Shown: positions 1 through 13,966 of the stretch, piece by piece
Numbering within the stretch: the first letter of the stretch is position 1
How the letters are laid out: every line of letters starts with the position of its first letter
NCBI GenBank assembly: GCA_964016885.1
Contig: OZ024741.1
Span: 274,102,001 to 274,166,000 of the forward strand
Direction: 5' to 3'
Origin: Eledone cirrhosa
Lineage: Eukaryota
Length of the DNA: 64,000 bases
Program-made: the position numbers and the translations under genes
The notes under the pieces: generated by a model
Database searches by the model: none
Told to the model about the DNA's origin: nothing
Seen by the model: only the letters and a program-made list of their open reading frames with translations

Positions 1-249
1 TAATTAAAAGCATTTTGAAGACCATACGCTATTGTTCTAAAGTAGCGACATTGTCGCTTACTTAAATTTTCGGCAGACAGGGGGAGATAAGTTGACAGCT
101 CTGTTTCGTACTGTTTGGTACTTATCAAAACTCACTACTCTCCCCGTCTGCCGAAAATTATGTGTGTTGGATTCTTATAGAATTCCAGTAACATCGCTAT
201 TTCAGAGCACCAATTCTAATTTTCAATATATATATATATATATATATTT

Positions 250-660
250 AGGGATTATAACGTCTAGTTAATGTAGGTTCATCAGTGTGAGCACTCGATG
301 CGTAGTTTCCAGTAAGTATAGAGGTGTAGTACTAAACAGAGTGTAACAATAATAATAAAAAGGACGATTTGTTATGTCGACATTTCGTTTATTGAATAAT
401 GACGCGCGTTTCACTATTGATCAGCTCAAGGTCCAATATCTATCGATCTGGCCCGACTATATAATAGTGAGTATAATCGAAGTTGCAGCTGAGACTGGCA
501 CGAAGCACTCAATAAGAAGATATCGAAAAATCGATAAATTATAGCTTAGGATAATAACAATATGTTAGGTGTGTGATACAGTGAAAATTGCGACTGGAGA
601 CATGTTGCCACCTTGATACTACAACAACGAAAATACAATCAGGTTAAATACGAGCCTAGA
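250..660 (-). mobile_element. PLE-type 3'-end fragments (partial HHR, bulged stem-loop)
   Basis: Minus strand GAAA-CGCGCG-TC half-hammerhead near 400-415; ACTC..GAGT motif 293-342; 465-655 homologous to 1755-1960, 29440-29665 and 30660-30830. Confidence 0.5.
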
Positions 661-673
661 CCTGATCGATAGA

Positions 674-943
674 TCTATATATTACTATAAGTCTGCAATT
701 GTAATGTAAAATAGACAAAAGGGCGCATAATGGGAAAACGCTTTGAAAGGGAGTTGACTCTGAAATGGGAATACAAATGGAATAAAACAAGTTTCGCGTA
801 AATCGGACCACGGGTTCCCGAGATATGGGGTTTTTCCGGGTACCTTCATAAACAGAGAGAGGGGGAGAGAGAGAGATAAAGAGAGGGGGGAAGACAGAGA
901 AGGATAATGGAAGAGAGAGCTGGTGGTGTTGTGAGTGTATGTG

Positions 944-976
<33 letters not shown>

Positions 977-1258
977 CTATGACCAGTATATATATAGATC
1001 ACAGACACCCACATATATATATACACACACACACATATATAGATGTACACACACACACTCACATTTATATATATATATATATTATACATACACAGCATGT
1101 ATTACACACGTATATATATATGGGCCTTCCAGTTTCATTTCACATTATATATATATGTCTGTGTATATTTTACTTATCTAAAAATTATTTTTAAGTGAAC
1201 ATAATCTTTAAAAAATACTTTGAAGCGAACGTGACCCAACGGGTCACGGGTGGTCTAG
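674..1258 (+). mobile_element. Non-autonomous Helitron
   Basis: Starts TCTATATATTACTATAA; ends with hairpin CGTGACCC-AAC-GGGTCACG followed by CTAG; sits between A673 and T1259; homologous to 45272-45946 (inverted). Confidence 0.8.
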
Positions 1259-2017
1259 TATTATATAAATATCTTCGATTGGTTTCTGGGAAATCCGAAA
1301 GCTATTCTCCAAGTTGCAAGCCAGTAATGTATCCTAAGATGGAACGAGGATATCCCTTTCTCAATATGCATTTCTTACCGTTATCCACCGAGCGCGGTTT
1401 AATAACTCCACTGTAGCAGTAACTTTGGCAGTGGAGTGACGTGTTCCCCCTCAAGAAAAGAGGAAGTTCACATCCGGGTTTTGGCGGGCAAATTCAAAAT
1501 TGTGAACAAAGGAATTTATTCACAGCCTCGAAAGTAAACTCTCAACTAGGTTTTCAAACAATAAATAATTAATTAATTAATTAATTCATTCATTCATTCA
1601 TTCATTATAAAGGCTAGGAAAAAATAATAATAATTGTTTCTACTTTTGGCACAAGGCTAGCAATTATCCCAGTGTATTACTGGTACTTTATTTATATACC
1701 GTAAGGACGAAAGGCAAAGTTAACCTCGGAGAAAATAATAATAATAATAACAATAGTGAGTATACTCGAAGTTGCAGTTGAGATTAGCAGTTTCGAAAAC
1801 GATCTTCTGAAGCTGGTACGAAGCACTCAATGAGAAGATATCAATCATTCGATAAATTATAGTTCAAAGTATTAACAATATGTTAGGTGTGTGACACAGT
1901 GAAAATTGCGACCGGAGACATGTTGTCACTTTGATACTACAACAACGAAAATACAAACATATGATATAGAGTAGGGACCCGATGACTGAGCACTTGCGGT
2001 TTCAACAGCTAAATATT

Positions 2018-2084
<67 letters not shown>

Positions 2085-2085
<1 letters not shown>

Positions 2086-2284
2086 TTTCTGAATTTGTTT
2101 AGCAGGATTGAAACCGATATTGTTATACTTTGGGAGGGTCATGTTGCCAATAAGAAACACACGCACCAGTTGATTTCACTCCAATTTATTATAAATAAAA
2201 TTTATAAATTTAATTTATAATAAATTGGAGTGAAAGCAACTGGTGCGTGTGTTTCTTATTGGCAACATGACCCTCCCAAAGTAT

Positions 2285-2290
<6 letters not shown>
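2085..2290. repeat. Inverted repeat (hairpin) of a (TA)n-flanked element end
   Basis: TTGTTATACTTTGGGAGGGTCATG...CATGACCCTCCCAAAGTATAACAA arms of ~75 bp; another copy at 37365-37530. Confidence 0.75.
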
Positions 2291-2360
<70 letters not shown>

Positions 2361-2389
2361 ATATATATATATATATGTATATATATGTG

Positions 2390-2438
<49 letters not shown>

Positions 2439-2473
2439 ATATATTTATATATATATATGTATATATATATATG

Positions 2474-2562
<89 letters not shown>

Positions 2563-2865
2563 ATATATATATACATATGAAAAGAATCAGGACCCGAAAT
2601 GGTCGGAGCTCAGCCGTCGGGGTCCTGACTCTTTTCCTATTACCCACGCTACTACCCTAAGTAACGAGTATTCTGGTGCAATATCACACTTTCTTTCTGT
2701 GAAATTTAAGTAAGTGAATTAATTACTATAATTTTCTTATTTTACATCTTTTATATAATTGTTCTGCATCTCTTTGTATTGAACCACAAAGTTACTAAGA
2801 CAAAACCTATATCTTTGCTAGCGTAAGTATACATCTGTATAAATATGTTGGTAGATATACTAATT

Positions 2866-2932
<67 letters not shown>

Positions 2933-2936
<4 letters not shown>

Positions 2937-3213
2937 AAAGAATAGAGGTGTAACACACAAGTTATTATATATTGGTAAACGGAATAGAAAATGCTGACAA
3001 ATTGTTCACAGTTGAAAAATGGTTTAATTAGGAATAAAAGAGTATTAGTGATTGTATGGGTTAGTATTCAGTTGTGGTTTTAAGTTTTTAAAAACTTAAA
3101 ACCAATACTGAATACTAACCCATACAATCACTAATACTCTTTTATTCCTAATTAAACCATTTTTCAACTGTGAACAATTTGTCAGCATTTTCTATTCCGT
3201 TTACCAATATATA
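2933..3213. repeat. Near-perfect palindrome (~124-bp arms, no loop) between (TA)n tracts
   Basis: Arms ~2966-3089 and 3090-3213 centred on AAGTTTTT|AAAAACTT; near-identical inverted copy at 43735-44010. Confidence 0.85.
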
Positions 3214-3221
3214 TATATATA

Positions 3222-4125
3222 TGTAGGAGGTGAGTTTTATTGTAGTACAATAAAGCAATGCAGATATCGGATAAGAAGCACTCTACAGTTTGTAGGACTG
3301 GAGTATACATAATATATAAGAACAAAAGATGGTTAAAGGAGTTCCATGTATTTTATTATGCGCATTTCACCTTTTTTCTCTTCGTTAATTTTCAAATTTC
3401 CATAATACTTGTAGACTCTTTCTACACCACCCATATTTATCACTTCCTTTTCCTCTCCTCTAATATCTAACCCCTAATCTGTACCTTTTCTCACTCTTGC
3501 CTAACATAGAATCAATTATTACATAATACAACACATTCAAAATTCATATCACCTTATAAAAATCCTTTGTAAACATATACATTTTTTTTGACGTTAGAAT
3601 ATTCATCCGCAATTCATTATTCTCTTCTCTCTATCATCAAACTCATTATTCTCAATGCATATTAACTCCCTCTCCTTCTTCGCACATATTTTTCCCTTCG
3701 TTAATTTTCAAATTCTTTTAATTCATACATTATCTTCCAACGGTTTTCAACCTCTCTATGTAAAACAATATATCTTTCTCAGTTATAAAAACTATCTCTC
3801 TCTCTCTCTATCACCCATCTCTCCTCCTATCTCATCCTTCCTCATTATATTCCTCCCTCTCCACCTTCACTCTCATCTCCTCCTCTTTTTTTCATCCTTT
3901 CCACCCCCCCCTCTAAATAAAATATTTTTCCCAATATCACACATCAATCTAAAACTACTTCTCATATGTTGATTTAAAACTGCACTATCCACAAGTGTTT
4001 TTTAGCCTTCATATCATGTCCTCCTGTTTTATCTGATGAAAACACAAATATTATTGCATGATGATGTTTGTTTTTGAAATGCGCATAATAAAATACATGG
4101 AACTCCTTTAACCATCTTTTGTTCT

Positions 4126-4127
<2 letters not shown>
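3222..4127 (+). mobile_element. 5'-truncated Penelope-like element with inverted 3'-end copy
   Basis: 3222-3370 is the reverse complement of this family's 3' end (matches 43150-43292); pyrimidine-rich 3' UTR; HHR at 4025-4095; (TA)n on both sides. Confidence 0.7.
4025..4095 (+). ncRNA. Type I hammerhead ribozyme
   Basis: TTTTAT-CTGATGA-long stem II (AAACACAAATATTAT/ATGATGTTTGTTT)-GAAA-palindromic TGCGCA-TA-ATAAAA. Confidence 0.8.
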
Positions 4128-4156
<29 letters not shown>

Positions 4157-4706
4157 CTCTACCACTTTTAGCAGTCTCCTCTCTGTTACCCTCTCCTCAA
4201 CTTTCACTCACTCATTCTCTGTCACTACCTCTCCTCCTCCTCTTTCCTCCTCCTCCTTCAAGTTTGACCTGTGTGTAATTCTTTTCTCGCGCAGTCTTGA
4301 CCGAGCTGGTAATAATTTTTTTTCTCTCTCTCTTTCGTCTGCGACTTCACAAAACTTGCGTTTACCGAATTCGTAGACCAGTTTTCGTTCTCTCTCTCTC
4401 TCTCTCCTTTTTCCCCCCTGTCGAACTTGGGCGAAATTCTTTCCTTGCTCACATTTCTACCAGGTTCGATGGTCTTTCGTCTCTTGTTCACGATTTCACA
4501 GAGTTTATATTCATAGAGATCTGGGACTTGTCTATTTCTACTCACTTTCCGTTGCTATAACCCTTTTGTTGTTACTCTAATGTCCCCCTTTATTTACGTG
4601 TCCCAACGACTTTTTTTAGCCGTTGTTCGCACCAACCTGAGGCATATGGCCCTTAAAGCGATGAAATGCCGAGGACGGTTGGAGGGTCACTGATGAGGAC
4701 TCACTT

Positions 4707-4752
<46 letters not shown>

Positions 4753-5157
4753 ATATTTGGGGAGGGTCATATTTGCGTAATATTGCCAGAATTAATAACA
4801 GAACACAGTCAATGGCAACATTGAGGACCGAGTAAGTTAGATCGCAGATATAAAAGACAGCGAGAAGCGAAAACAAACCAAACAGTGAGTGTGTTCTGTT
4901 ATTAATTCTGGCAATATTACGCAAATATGACCCTCCCCAAATATAACAATATCTGTTTCGACACACGATTTCATATAAAAAACCTCGCTAAACTAATTCA
5001 TCGCCGCTATATATATATATATACCATTTATTTTGTGTAGTTTACTAATGAGTATAACTGGTCATTCCGGTTATCAAACCTTGATATAATCTCGACCTTA
5101 TGCAAATTTTACTCACAAATATATATGTACGTGAGTGTGTGTGTGTGCCTGTATGTG

Positions 5158-5224
<67 letters not shown>

Positions 5225-5343
5225 TAAATACAGGCCAAGGCGTTGATGAAGTAAAAGAGCCGACCGTCTGATCGGAGCTAGGAAACTAATATTTCAATTG
5301 AACTTTCTATTGCTGATACTATTTGTCGCTCAGAAAGGCGGCA

Positions 5344-5486
5344 GGATTTGAACTCAGGATTTGAACTCAGGATTTGAACTATGGATTTGAACTTAGGATT
5401 TGAACTGAGGATTTGAACTGAGGATTTGAACTTAGGATTTGAACTCAGGATTTAAACTCAGGATTTGAACCCAGGATTTGAACTCA
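5344..5486. repeat. Tandem array of 11 x 13-bp GGATTTGAACTCA (SINE B-box derived)
   Basis: Counted 11 units; reverse complement TGAGTTCAAATCC equals the B-box of the local tRNA-SINE. Confidence 0.85.
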
Positions 5487-5555
5487 GGATGCACAAAGGC
5501 GCAAAACATACAAAAGAACGACATAATAAGTCTACCAATTCAAACATTCGTAAAA

Positions 5556-5760
5556 ACGTAAGAGAGTGGGCTGAAAGGTTCATAGGCTGACTATGAAGGA
5601 GTAATTCTAGAGCTGTGAAATCTTGCATGCATTAATTTTAACCCTTCTTATCAACAACTGCATTGATTCGTTTTAGGCCCTATGTTGGAAAATAAACCTC
5701 ATTTGATCATTCCATGAGAGTATCCTGGTCAGCAGAAGAACTTTTCAGCCGACCCTCGTA
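5556..5760. mobile_element. Mariner-type MITE
   Basis: Right TIR CTTTTCAGCCGACCCTCGTA, degenerate left TIR GGGCTGAAAGGTTC; related copies at 6165-6396 and ~32425-32570. Confidence 0.6.
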
Positions 5761-5768
5761 CATATATA

Positions 5769-6117
5769 CAGTGTACATCCATCATTCACGGTCTCGACAT
5801 TCGCGATCCTGGTTATTCGCGGAATTTTCCTTAGAACCACGGCATATTCGCGGAATCGTAAATATCTTCTACGATTTTCTTAATGACCTTTTGCGTGGCA
5901 ATATATATATATTATATATTTTTAATGCTAAATTATTAACAACAACATACCATATTTGCTGGCATATTGGACGCCCCTTCGCATTGTTTTAAATTATATT
6001 TTTCGCTATATTTTGACTTTTATAGGCATTTTTGTGGACCACATCCAATATTCGCAGGTTTTCACTCATTGCGGGTGCGCTAGGAACGTAACACCGGCGA
6101 ATACCGGATGACAACTA
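5769..6117. mobile_element. pogo/Tigger-type MITE
   Basis: TA-CAGTGTACATCCATCATTCAC ... GCGAATACCGGATGACAACTA-TA imperfect TIRs with internal ATTCGCG repeats. Confidence 0.6.
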
Positions 6118-6164
6118 TATATTTATTTATTTATTTATATATATACACTCACACACACACCAAC

Positions 6165-6396
6165 ACTTCATGGGCTAACTATGAAGTAGTGATGCAAGAG
6201 CTGTGAATTCTTGCATGTTTTAATTTCAACGCTTTTTATTAATAACTGAATTGTTTCTTTCCAGGGACTATGTTGAGAAAGAAAACTCATTTAGGCATTC
6301 CATGACATTATCTTGTTCAGTCTAAGAACGTCTCAGCCTATGAACGTTTCAGCCTATGAAATCTTCAGCCTATGAACTCTTCAGCCGACCCTCGTA
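6165..6396. mobile_element. Mariner-type MITE (second copy, right TIR tandemly expanded)
   Basis: Homologous to 5556-5760; TCAGCCTATGAA repeated 3 times before TTCAGCCGACCCTCGTA. Confidence 0.55.
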
Positions 6397-6469
6397 TGGC
6401 AAATCCAAAATGATTGTTGTTCAATCTTCTGCAAAGTCAATATCTTTGAGTCACTGATTTCATTACTGC

Positions 6470-6839
6470 ATTAGGGCTTGATGAACACAACCACAAGGAT
6501 ATGGTGCTAATGTGGAAGAGCCGAACTCCCACTGACATCGCCTCCATCTCTCTTGCCCTCCCAATCTCTCCGTGTGGTGAGCAAATAGGGTCCCACGTGC
6601 TGGCTTCCCCACAGTCCAGGTGGGGACAGAATGGAGAAGGCGCTTCCCCAGAGGATGGTAAGGGAGATGCGCTGGAAGAGCCATTGCAACTCGCCAGGCT
6701 CACACCTGCGGCTGGCCATCTCAGCACCTATGGTGGTGAGTAGGGAGGCAGCCCTAGGGCCAAGGACACCGAAAGTTTCCATCGCCAAAGGTACGACCAC
6801 GAACCTGTCGGAGAGCGACCGGTATTTGGAGAAATCCAA
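6470..6839 (-). pseudogene. 3' fragment of an RLE-type (CRE-like) non-LTR retrotransposon
   Basis: KYRSLSDRFVVVPLAMETFGVLGPRA...LQWLFQRISLTILWGSAFSIL matches the C-terminal restriction-like endonuclease consensus (PxxxEtxGxxG ... LfQrlSlAiqrGNA). Confidence 0.7.
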
Positions 6840-7188
6840 AATATATTAATATACACCCAACGAAGATGGAAATGTTCCAACAATATTTATTCTGTTGATA
6901 TGTGTGTATATACTTGAAAATAGAATTGTTTTCTATAATCATCCCAAGACAGTCTTCCCTGAGAAGGCAATATATACAGTTTTAGGAAGAAATATCTTGT
7001 ATGTATGTATGTATGTAAGTATGTATGTATGTATGTATTTATGAATGTATGTATGAAAGTATGCATATATGTATGTATCTATGTATGAATATATGTATAT
7101 ATGTATGTATATATGTATGTATGTGTATATGTAAGCTTATTTATCTGCTTAGGTTGTATCTGTCTGTCTGGCTCTCGCTCTACATCTT

Positions 7189-7317
<129 letters not shown>

Positions 7318-7337
7318 TGTATATATACATACATACA

Positions 7338-7368
<31 letters not shown>

Positions 7369-7572
7369 GTACATACATACATACATACATTCAAAAGAGG
7401 GGCTAGGTCTGAAGGCTGACACATATCCGACAGTTCTATAGAAAACTAAGCTAACTTCCACTCTAAAATCGTGATATGTGTATATAATTAAGTTGCCTTC
7501 ATACAGCTACCTTTAATATAACCGAGATGTCAGCTACGATAGAATACGAACAAGAGTCTAAGACACACACGT

Positions 7573-7631
<59 letters not shown>

Positions 7632-7666
7632 TATACACCACACACACACATACACACACACTCACG

Positions 7667-7743
<77 letters not shown>

Positions 7744-7921
7744 CACACACACATATACACACACACTCACGCACACACATGATTATATATATATGATGTG
7801 ATATATATATATATATATAATGTATATATATATATGATATATATATATATATATTTATATATACATACACGCACACACACACAAACATATATATATATAT
7901 ATATAATGTACATATACATAC

Positions 7922-8169
<248 letters not shown>

Positions 8170-8614
8170 GTCTTACATACAAATAGACATACATGTATAG
8201 TAACTTAATGAGTCCATCACTCTCTCTCTCTCTCTCTGTCAATATATATATAGAGAGAGAGAAAGAGAGAGAGAGGGAGGGAGAGAGAGTGAGAGAGAGA
8301 GAGGAAGAGAGGGGGAGAGAGAGAGAGACAGACAGACAGGCAGAGAGAAAGATATTAACATATATACATTAATAAACACACACAGAGACATAGATATGTA
8401 TATACAATTATATATATATATATATATATATACATACATACATATTTCTAAATATGTGTGTGTATATGTGGGTGACTGTATGTATTAATAAATCTCTATA
8501 TATTAATATCTGTTTATCTATCTATTTATCTGTATATCTATATATCTATATATATAGATATATAGATATACAGATAAATAGATAGATAAACAGATATTAA
8601 TATATATATATATA

Positions 8615-8693
8615 CAGGGTGTCCCCAAAATATGTTTGCACACTTTGATTATAATACTGCTAAAGTGTGTATACATTTTGAGAAGACACTCTG
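8615..8693. mobile_element. 79-bp Tc1/mariner-type MITE
   Basis: TA-CAGGGTGTCCCCAAAATATGT ... ACATTTTGAGAAGACACTCTG-TA. Confidence 0.65.
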
Positions 8694-8892
8694 TATATAT
8701 ATATATATACACACAGTTCAAGAGTAACCAATCTTAAAGAGAGAGATGGAGATTGGAGAGGAGATAGGAGAGGAGAGATTGGTGAATTAGTTAGAAGCCA
8801 AAGCGTAGAGGCATGTGCTCAATGTGCAATATGCAGTAGAAAGCAGCTAGGTGGCTGGGTTCATGCAGAAGTTAGGTGCGCAGAGCTGGAAA

Positions 8893-9042
8893 TATTCATT
8901 AGTTAAGCAAAACAAGACCACAGATTTCACAAGGAAGACATTATGAAAAGATTGTCAACATATATTAGTTAACTAAAAGATGTTGACAATCTTTTAATAA
9001 TGTCTTCCTTGTGAAATTTGTGGTCTTGTTTTGCTTAACTAA

Positions 9043-9049
<7 letters not shown>
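8893..9049. repeat. Hairpin (~68-bp arms) ending at (TA)n
   Basis: ATATTCATTAGTTAAGC...GTCAACAT / ATGTTGAC...GCTTAACTAATGAATAT. Confidence 0.8.
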
Positions 9050-9099
<50 letters not shown>

Positions 9100-9105
<6 letters not shown>

Positions 9106-9613
9106 ATACTTGGGGAGGGTCATATTTGTGTAATATTGCCAGAATTAATAACAGAACACACTCACTGTTTGGTTGGTTTTCGCTTTTCGCTTCTGTGTCT
9201 TTTATATCGGTAATCTAATTTAATCGGTCCTCAAATAAATAAATAAATATATAGACAGACTAAATAAAAATGGCATAGACATACAATGCAACGGGAGGAA
9301 ACAATAGCACCACTGACGATGTTGCAGATGTGCAACGAAAGATTTATGATAAACTATATATATGTGTTGGTGTCTATATTGTAACTGTATTATTTGTGAC
9401 CGTCGGTCAGTCAATGGCAACATTGAGGACCAAGTAAATTAGATTACCGATATAAAAGACACAGAAGCGAAAAGCGAAAACCAACCAAACAGTGAGTGTG
9501 TTCTGTTATTTATTCTGACAATATTACACAAATATGACCCTCCCCAAGTATAACAATATTTGTTTCGACACACGATTTCATATAAAAAACCTCGCAAAAC
9601 TAATTCATCGCCG

Positions 9614-9615
<2 letters not shown>
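9100..9615 (+). mobile_element. PLE-type element with inverted end and minimal HHR (9311-9348)
   Basis: 9100-9232 is the inverse of 9425-9558; CA-CTGACGA-T-GTTGCA-GATG-TGCAAC-GAAA-GATT-TA-TG; same family at 4748-5010 and 17185-17652. Confidence 0.65.
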
Positions 9616-9667
<52 letters not shown>

Positions 9668-9982
9668 ATATACAAATGTATTAAATTTATTTTAAACAAT
9701 ACATGATTTAATATAATTGTGTAGTATCTAACAGTACTATTTAAAAGCTCGAGTAATCTTCAATCAGACAACGGCTGCCATATTCCCCGTCTATCGGTTC
9801 ATTTGGTCTTAACAGTAATCCATCTTAATGCTGTGTATTACACTCTACACATATATAATGCTGTGAAGATTGCCATTCACAGGCATTAAGCTGGGATAAT
9901 ATTATTATTCGGTGAACAGATCGATTGCCAAAACTGGCCAATCACAATTTGATTGATCGTCAATCCAGTCTCTGGAGAAAAT

Positions 9983-10085
<103 letters not shown>

Positions 10086-10130
10086 TTATTTATTTATTTA
10101 TTTATGTAGTAAACAACATAAGATAATTAT

Positions 10131-10191
10131 TTCATTTACCAGTGATTTCTTGAAGACAGATGTTGTGTCTGTCTTCAGTCGTCAGAATGAA
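10131..10191 (-). ncRNA. Type I hammerhead ribozyme
   Basis: Minus: TTCATT-CTGACGA-C-TGAAGACAGA-loop-TCTGTCTTCA-A-GAAA-TCACTGG-TA-AATGAA. Confidence 0.8.
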
Positions 10192-10288
10192 TAAAAAAAA
10201 AACATGGTGTATTTAATAAATATGGATTTGAAAACAAAATTTAGGAAATATGAAATTGAGGCTGAAAACGGGCGAAAAGGAAATAGGG

Positions 10289-10412
<124 letters not shown>

Positions 10413-10546
10413 TAGAGGTGGTGTTAAATTTGTTGGAAGTCCGACAAATATAAATGTTTATAACTAATTTAGAGCACTCAACACGTTACTGGAGTAAATA
10501 GTCAATGATATTAAATAAATGGAAACTATATTTATAAAACCATATT

Positions 10547-10610
10547 TATTTTATTAACATATTTCAACGGCAACCAAGACAACATTGGTACGCTTTCATC
10601 AGATAAAATA
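10547..10610 (-). ncRNA. Type I hammerhead ribozyme
   Basis: Minus: TATTTTAT-CTGATGA-stem II containing ACCAA/TTGGT-GAAA-TATGT-TA-ATAAAATA. Confidence 0.7.
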
Positions 10611-11059
10611 CAAAGTTTGTTTTATAAATAGAGACATACCCAAGAAAATCATACCTTATAGGTTGGAAATTCACTGGATATAAATATAAATATCCAGAAC
10701 GTAAAAATACACACAATCAAATACGCGCATAGAAGGATACTTTCTCACATAAGCATCTACATAGAAAAACGGACAGGAACATAAATACATACACATACAT
10801 ATTCACAGATATATATGCACTCAAAAATGTGCACACAAATATAGACAGTGGTTAGGAAACAGCAATGACTAAATAAATAAATAAATAAGAACAAAAAATA
10901 CAATATATATATATATATATGAGCAGAAGGAATATTCAATTTGTTGGTAATTCAACAAATATAAATGTTTATAACTGATTCAGAGCACTCAACAGTTTTT
11001 CTGGAGTATAATATTCAATGATATTAAATAAATGGAAACTATATTTATAAAACCATATT

Positions 11060-11120
11060 TATTCTATTATATATATTTCAAGGGTACCAAAACTTTGGTA
11101 CGCTTTCATCAGATAAAATA
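11060..11120 (-). ncRNA. Type I hammerhead ribozyme (element 10921-11550 with inverted partial copy 11463-11550)
   Basis: Minus: TATTTTAT-CTGATGA-AAGCGTACCAAA/TTTGGTACCCTT-GAAA-TATATA-TA-ATAGAATA. Confidence 0.75.
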
Positions 11121-11546
11121 CGAAGTGTGTTTTATAAATTTTGACATAACCAAGGAAAATATCTTACCGGTTCAAGTTTTCCTTGGATAGAGAAGGGATC
11201 AGAGAAGAAAAGTCAAATATTTCAAATTATTAAGATAAGTATGCAAATGAGGTTTAGGTAAAGGGCTGAAAAAAAACGTTATATTAGACGCTATGGAAAA
11301 TTTAAATAATTATGATATGTGTTTGTATGTGTAGGAAAGAAGAAAGAGGAAGAAGAGCATTTACGTTAATTTGGGAGGAAAAAATTTACATTTATTTACC
11401 TATATTATGAGTTATAATATTGTATATATAATCAAATAGATTATAATTAAGACACACTACGTAAGCGTACCAAAGTTTTGGTATCCTCGAAATATATATA
11501 ATAGAATAAATATATTTTATAAATATAGTTTCCATTTATTTAATAT

Positions 11547-11618
<72 letters not shown>

Positions 11619-11948
11619 GGAGGGAGAGAGAGAGAGAGAGAGAGAAGAAAGTAAAGATCAAAATCAAAAACAAAATAAAGTAAAAAAAAGGATGGACGTG
11701 TTGTCAAGGATAGGTGTGAGTGTGAGGGGGGGGGGGATAAATAAAAACACTTAAATATAAACAAATACACAAGATATGCATATACATATATATATATATA
11801 TACAGATACATACACATGTACACATATACATGCATATATACCTATACACACATGCAAACACACACACGTATATATGTGTATATATATATATATATATATA
11901 AAATAAATATACGTACACATACACATACATGTGCATACATATATATAA

Positions 11949-12007
<59 letters not shown>

Positions 12008-12306
12008 CGCACACATACACACACATATATATATACACACATACATACAAACATATACACACACATCCACATGCATACACATACAAAAAAACACTACAAT
12101 AAATTAGAAAAATGAATCTCAAAGGTACATAACCCACGTACATACCTACACATACGCGTGCACACACACGCAATAAGAAATCAACACACGCATACAAATA
12201 AACATATACTTAAATCTAAACACACATATAAACACATATATACTCATATATCACAAAAACATATATACAAGCACAAGCATGCATATATACAAATACATAT
12301 AAACAA

Positions 12307-12339
<33 letters not shown>

Positions 12340-12350
12340 CAAACACACAT

Positions 12351-12601
<251 letters not shown>

Positions 12602-13079
12602 CATACACACACACGCACACACACATACATATAAATAAAAAAACACGTATATATGTAAGTACACATAAGCCTGGCTGTAAATGCGCCCACATACAACCTT
12701 ATGTGAGTACGCTTAAAAACCTAGTAGGTAAGTAAGGACAAAGGGGAGTAAAACTGAAATAAAATAATAAAAACAATTATTAAGAACAGGTAAGGGAGAA
12801 ACGGGGTGTAAAAGTTGTAGTAGTGAGTAAGTGTTTGTGATGAGATCTGGATAAGGGTATATAGTTAAAAAGTGACCTCGGTAAAGGATAAAGGTGGTGG
12901 GTGTGTATATATTAAGGTATGGTAGATAGTAGGGGGGGGGGAATATAAGTCAAATGATATATAGAAAGAGATGAGGGAGAAAAAGTATATATTGGTAGAA
13001 AGTATGTGTTCATAATGTAATGCAATTGGTAATGAGTGGAAGGCGTGATAAGTAAAGAAAAACTCAAGGTGGTTGAGTA

Positions 13080-13336
13080 ATCGTTGGTATGTTAATCCAG
13101 TTAAAAAGTAGATGCGATTTCAGGTGCGGACAACATCTAAATATCTCGGTCTTAGAGTTGCAGAATTCTAAATTTTTCCGTAGTACACAAAGAACATTTC
13201 TTTGTGCCCCTTTGGTATTCTCTTGAATGGTCTAAAATAGACCAATCAATAGTGTACGGAATGTTTTTGTCTTTGAACTCCCACACTTTATTTGCCAGCG
13301 CCGTTGCTGTTCTTTTTTCATGGTGTTTAAAAAAAG
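13080..13336 (-). pseudogene. PLE GIY-YIG endonuclease C-terminal remnant
   Basis: Hand translation FKHHEKRTATALANKVWEFKDKNIPYTIDWSILDHSREYQRGTKKCSLCTTEKFRIL / NSKTEIFRCCPHLKSHLLFNW; typical PLE TxLsxxiWxLK..i.W.Il..CxLCxxEK..LNxrxE...CxH. Confidence 0.85.
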
Positions 13337-13365
13337 CAACAGTTTATTTTATTTTATTTTTTTTA

Positions 13366-13426
13366 TTCATTCTGACGACTGAATACAGACACAACATCTG
13401 TCTTCAAGAAACCACTGGTAAATGAA
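13366..13426 (+). ncRNA. Type I hammerhead ribozyme
   Basis: TTCATT-CTGACGA-CTGAATACAGA..TCTGTCTTCAA-GAAA-CCA-C-TGG-TA-AATGAA. Confidence 0.8.
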
Positions 13427-13524
13427 ACAATTATCTTATGTTGTTTATTACATAACTAATAAGCTCTGTAGCCTACATAGAGCACTCTTTTTTCCTGTAA
13501 CTTTCTAATGGAAATACTTCATTC

Positions 13525-13650
<126 letters not shown>

Positions 13651-13859
13651 ACAATAAATCGTTAAAGGTAATCCGATAAGAGTCTATGAAAGCTACTTAT
13701 CATGGACAGTTTAAGCGTACGGTGCTGTGTGACTCAACAAGAGGTTTACGTTGGTGACGATTTTATAACTTCGCTTGTATTCCTATGTAAATATATCTTG
13801 GAGTAATAAAAAGGTGAAGAATAACATGCTTGACAGTACAAACAAGGATATTTATTTAC

Positions 13860-13966
13860 AGTCTTACAATTGTTTCCATGATAAAATTGTCTATAAATTG
13901 CTAAATACTGGAGACAGTATAACTCAATTTACAATACATCTAAGTTCAATCATTTCATCAGAAACT
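13860..13966 (-). ncRNA. Type I hammerhead ribozyme (inverted copy)
   Basis: Reverse complement of 15092-15198. Confidence 0.75.

Noticed and set aside
4685-4710. Hammerhead at GTCACTGATGAGGACTC
   Set aside because: No downstream GAAA or stem III; at most a truncated half
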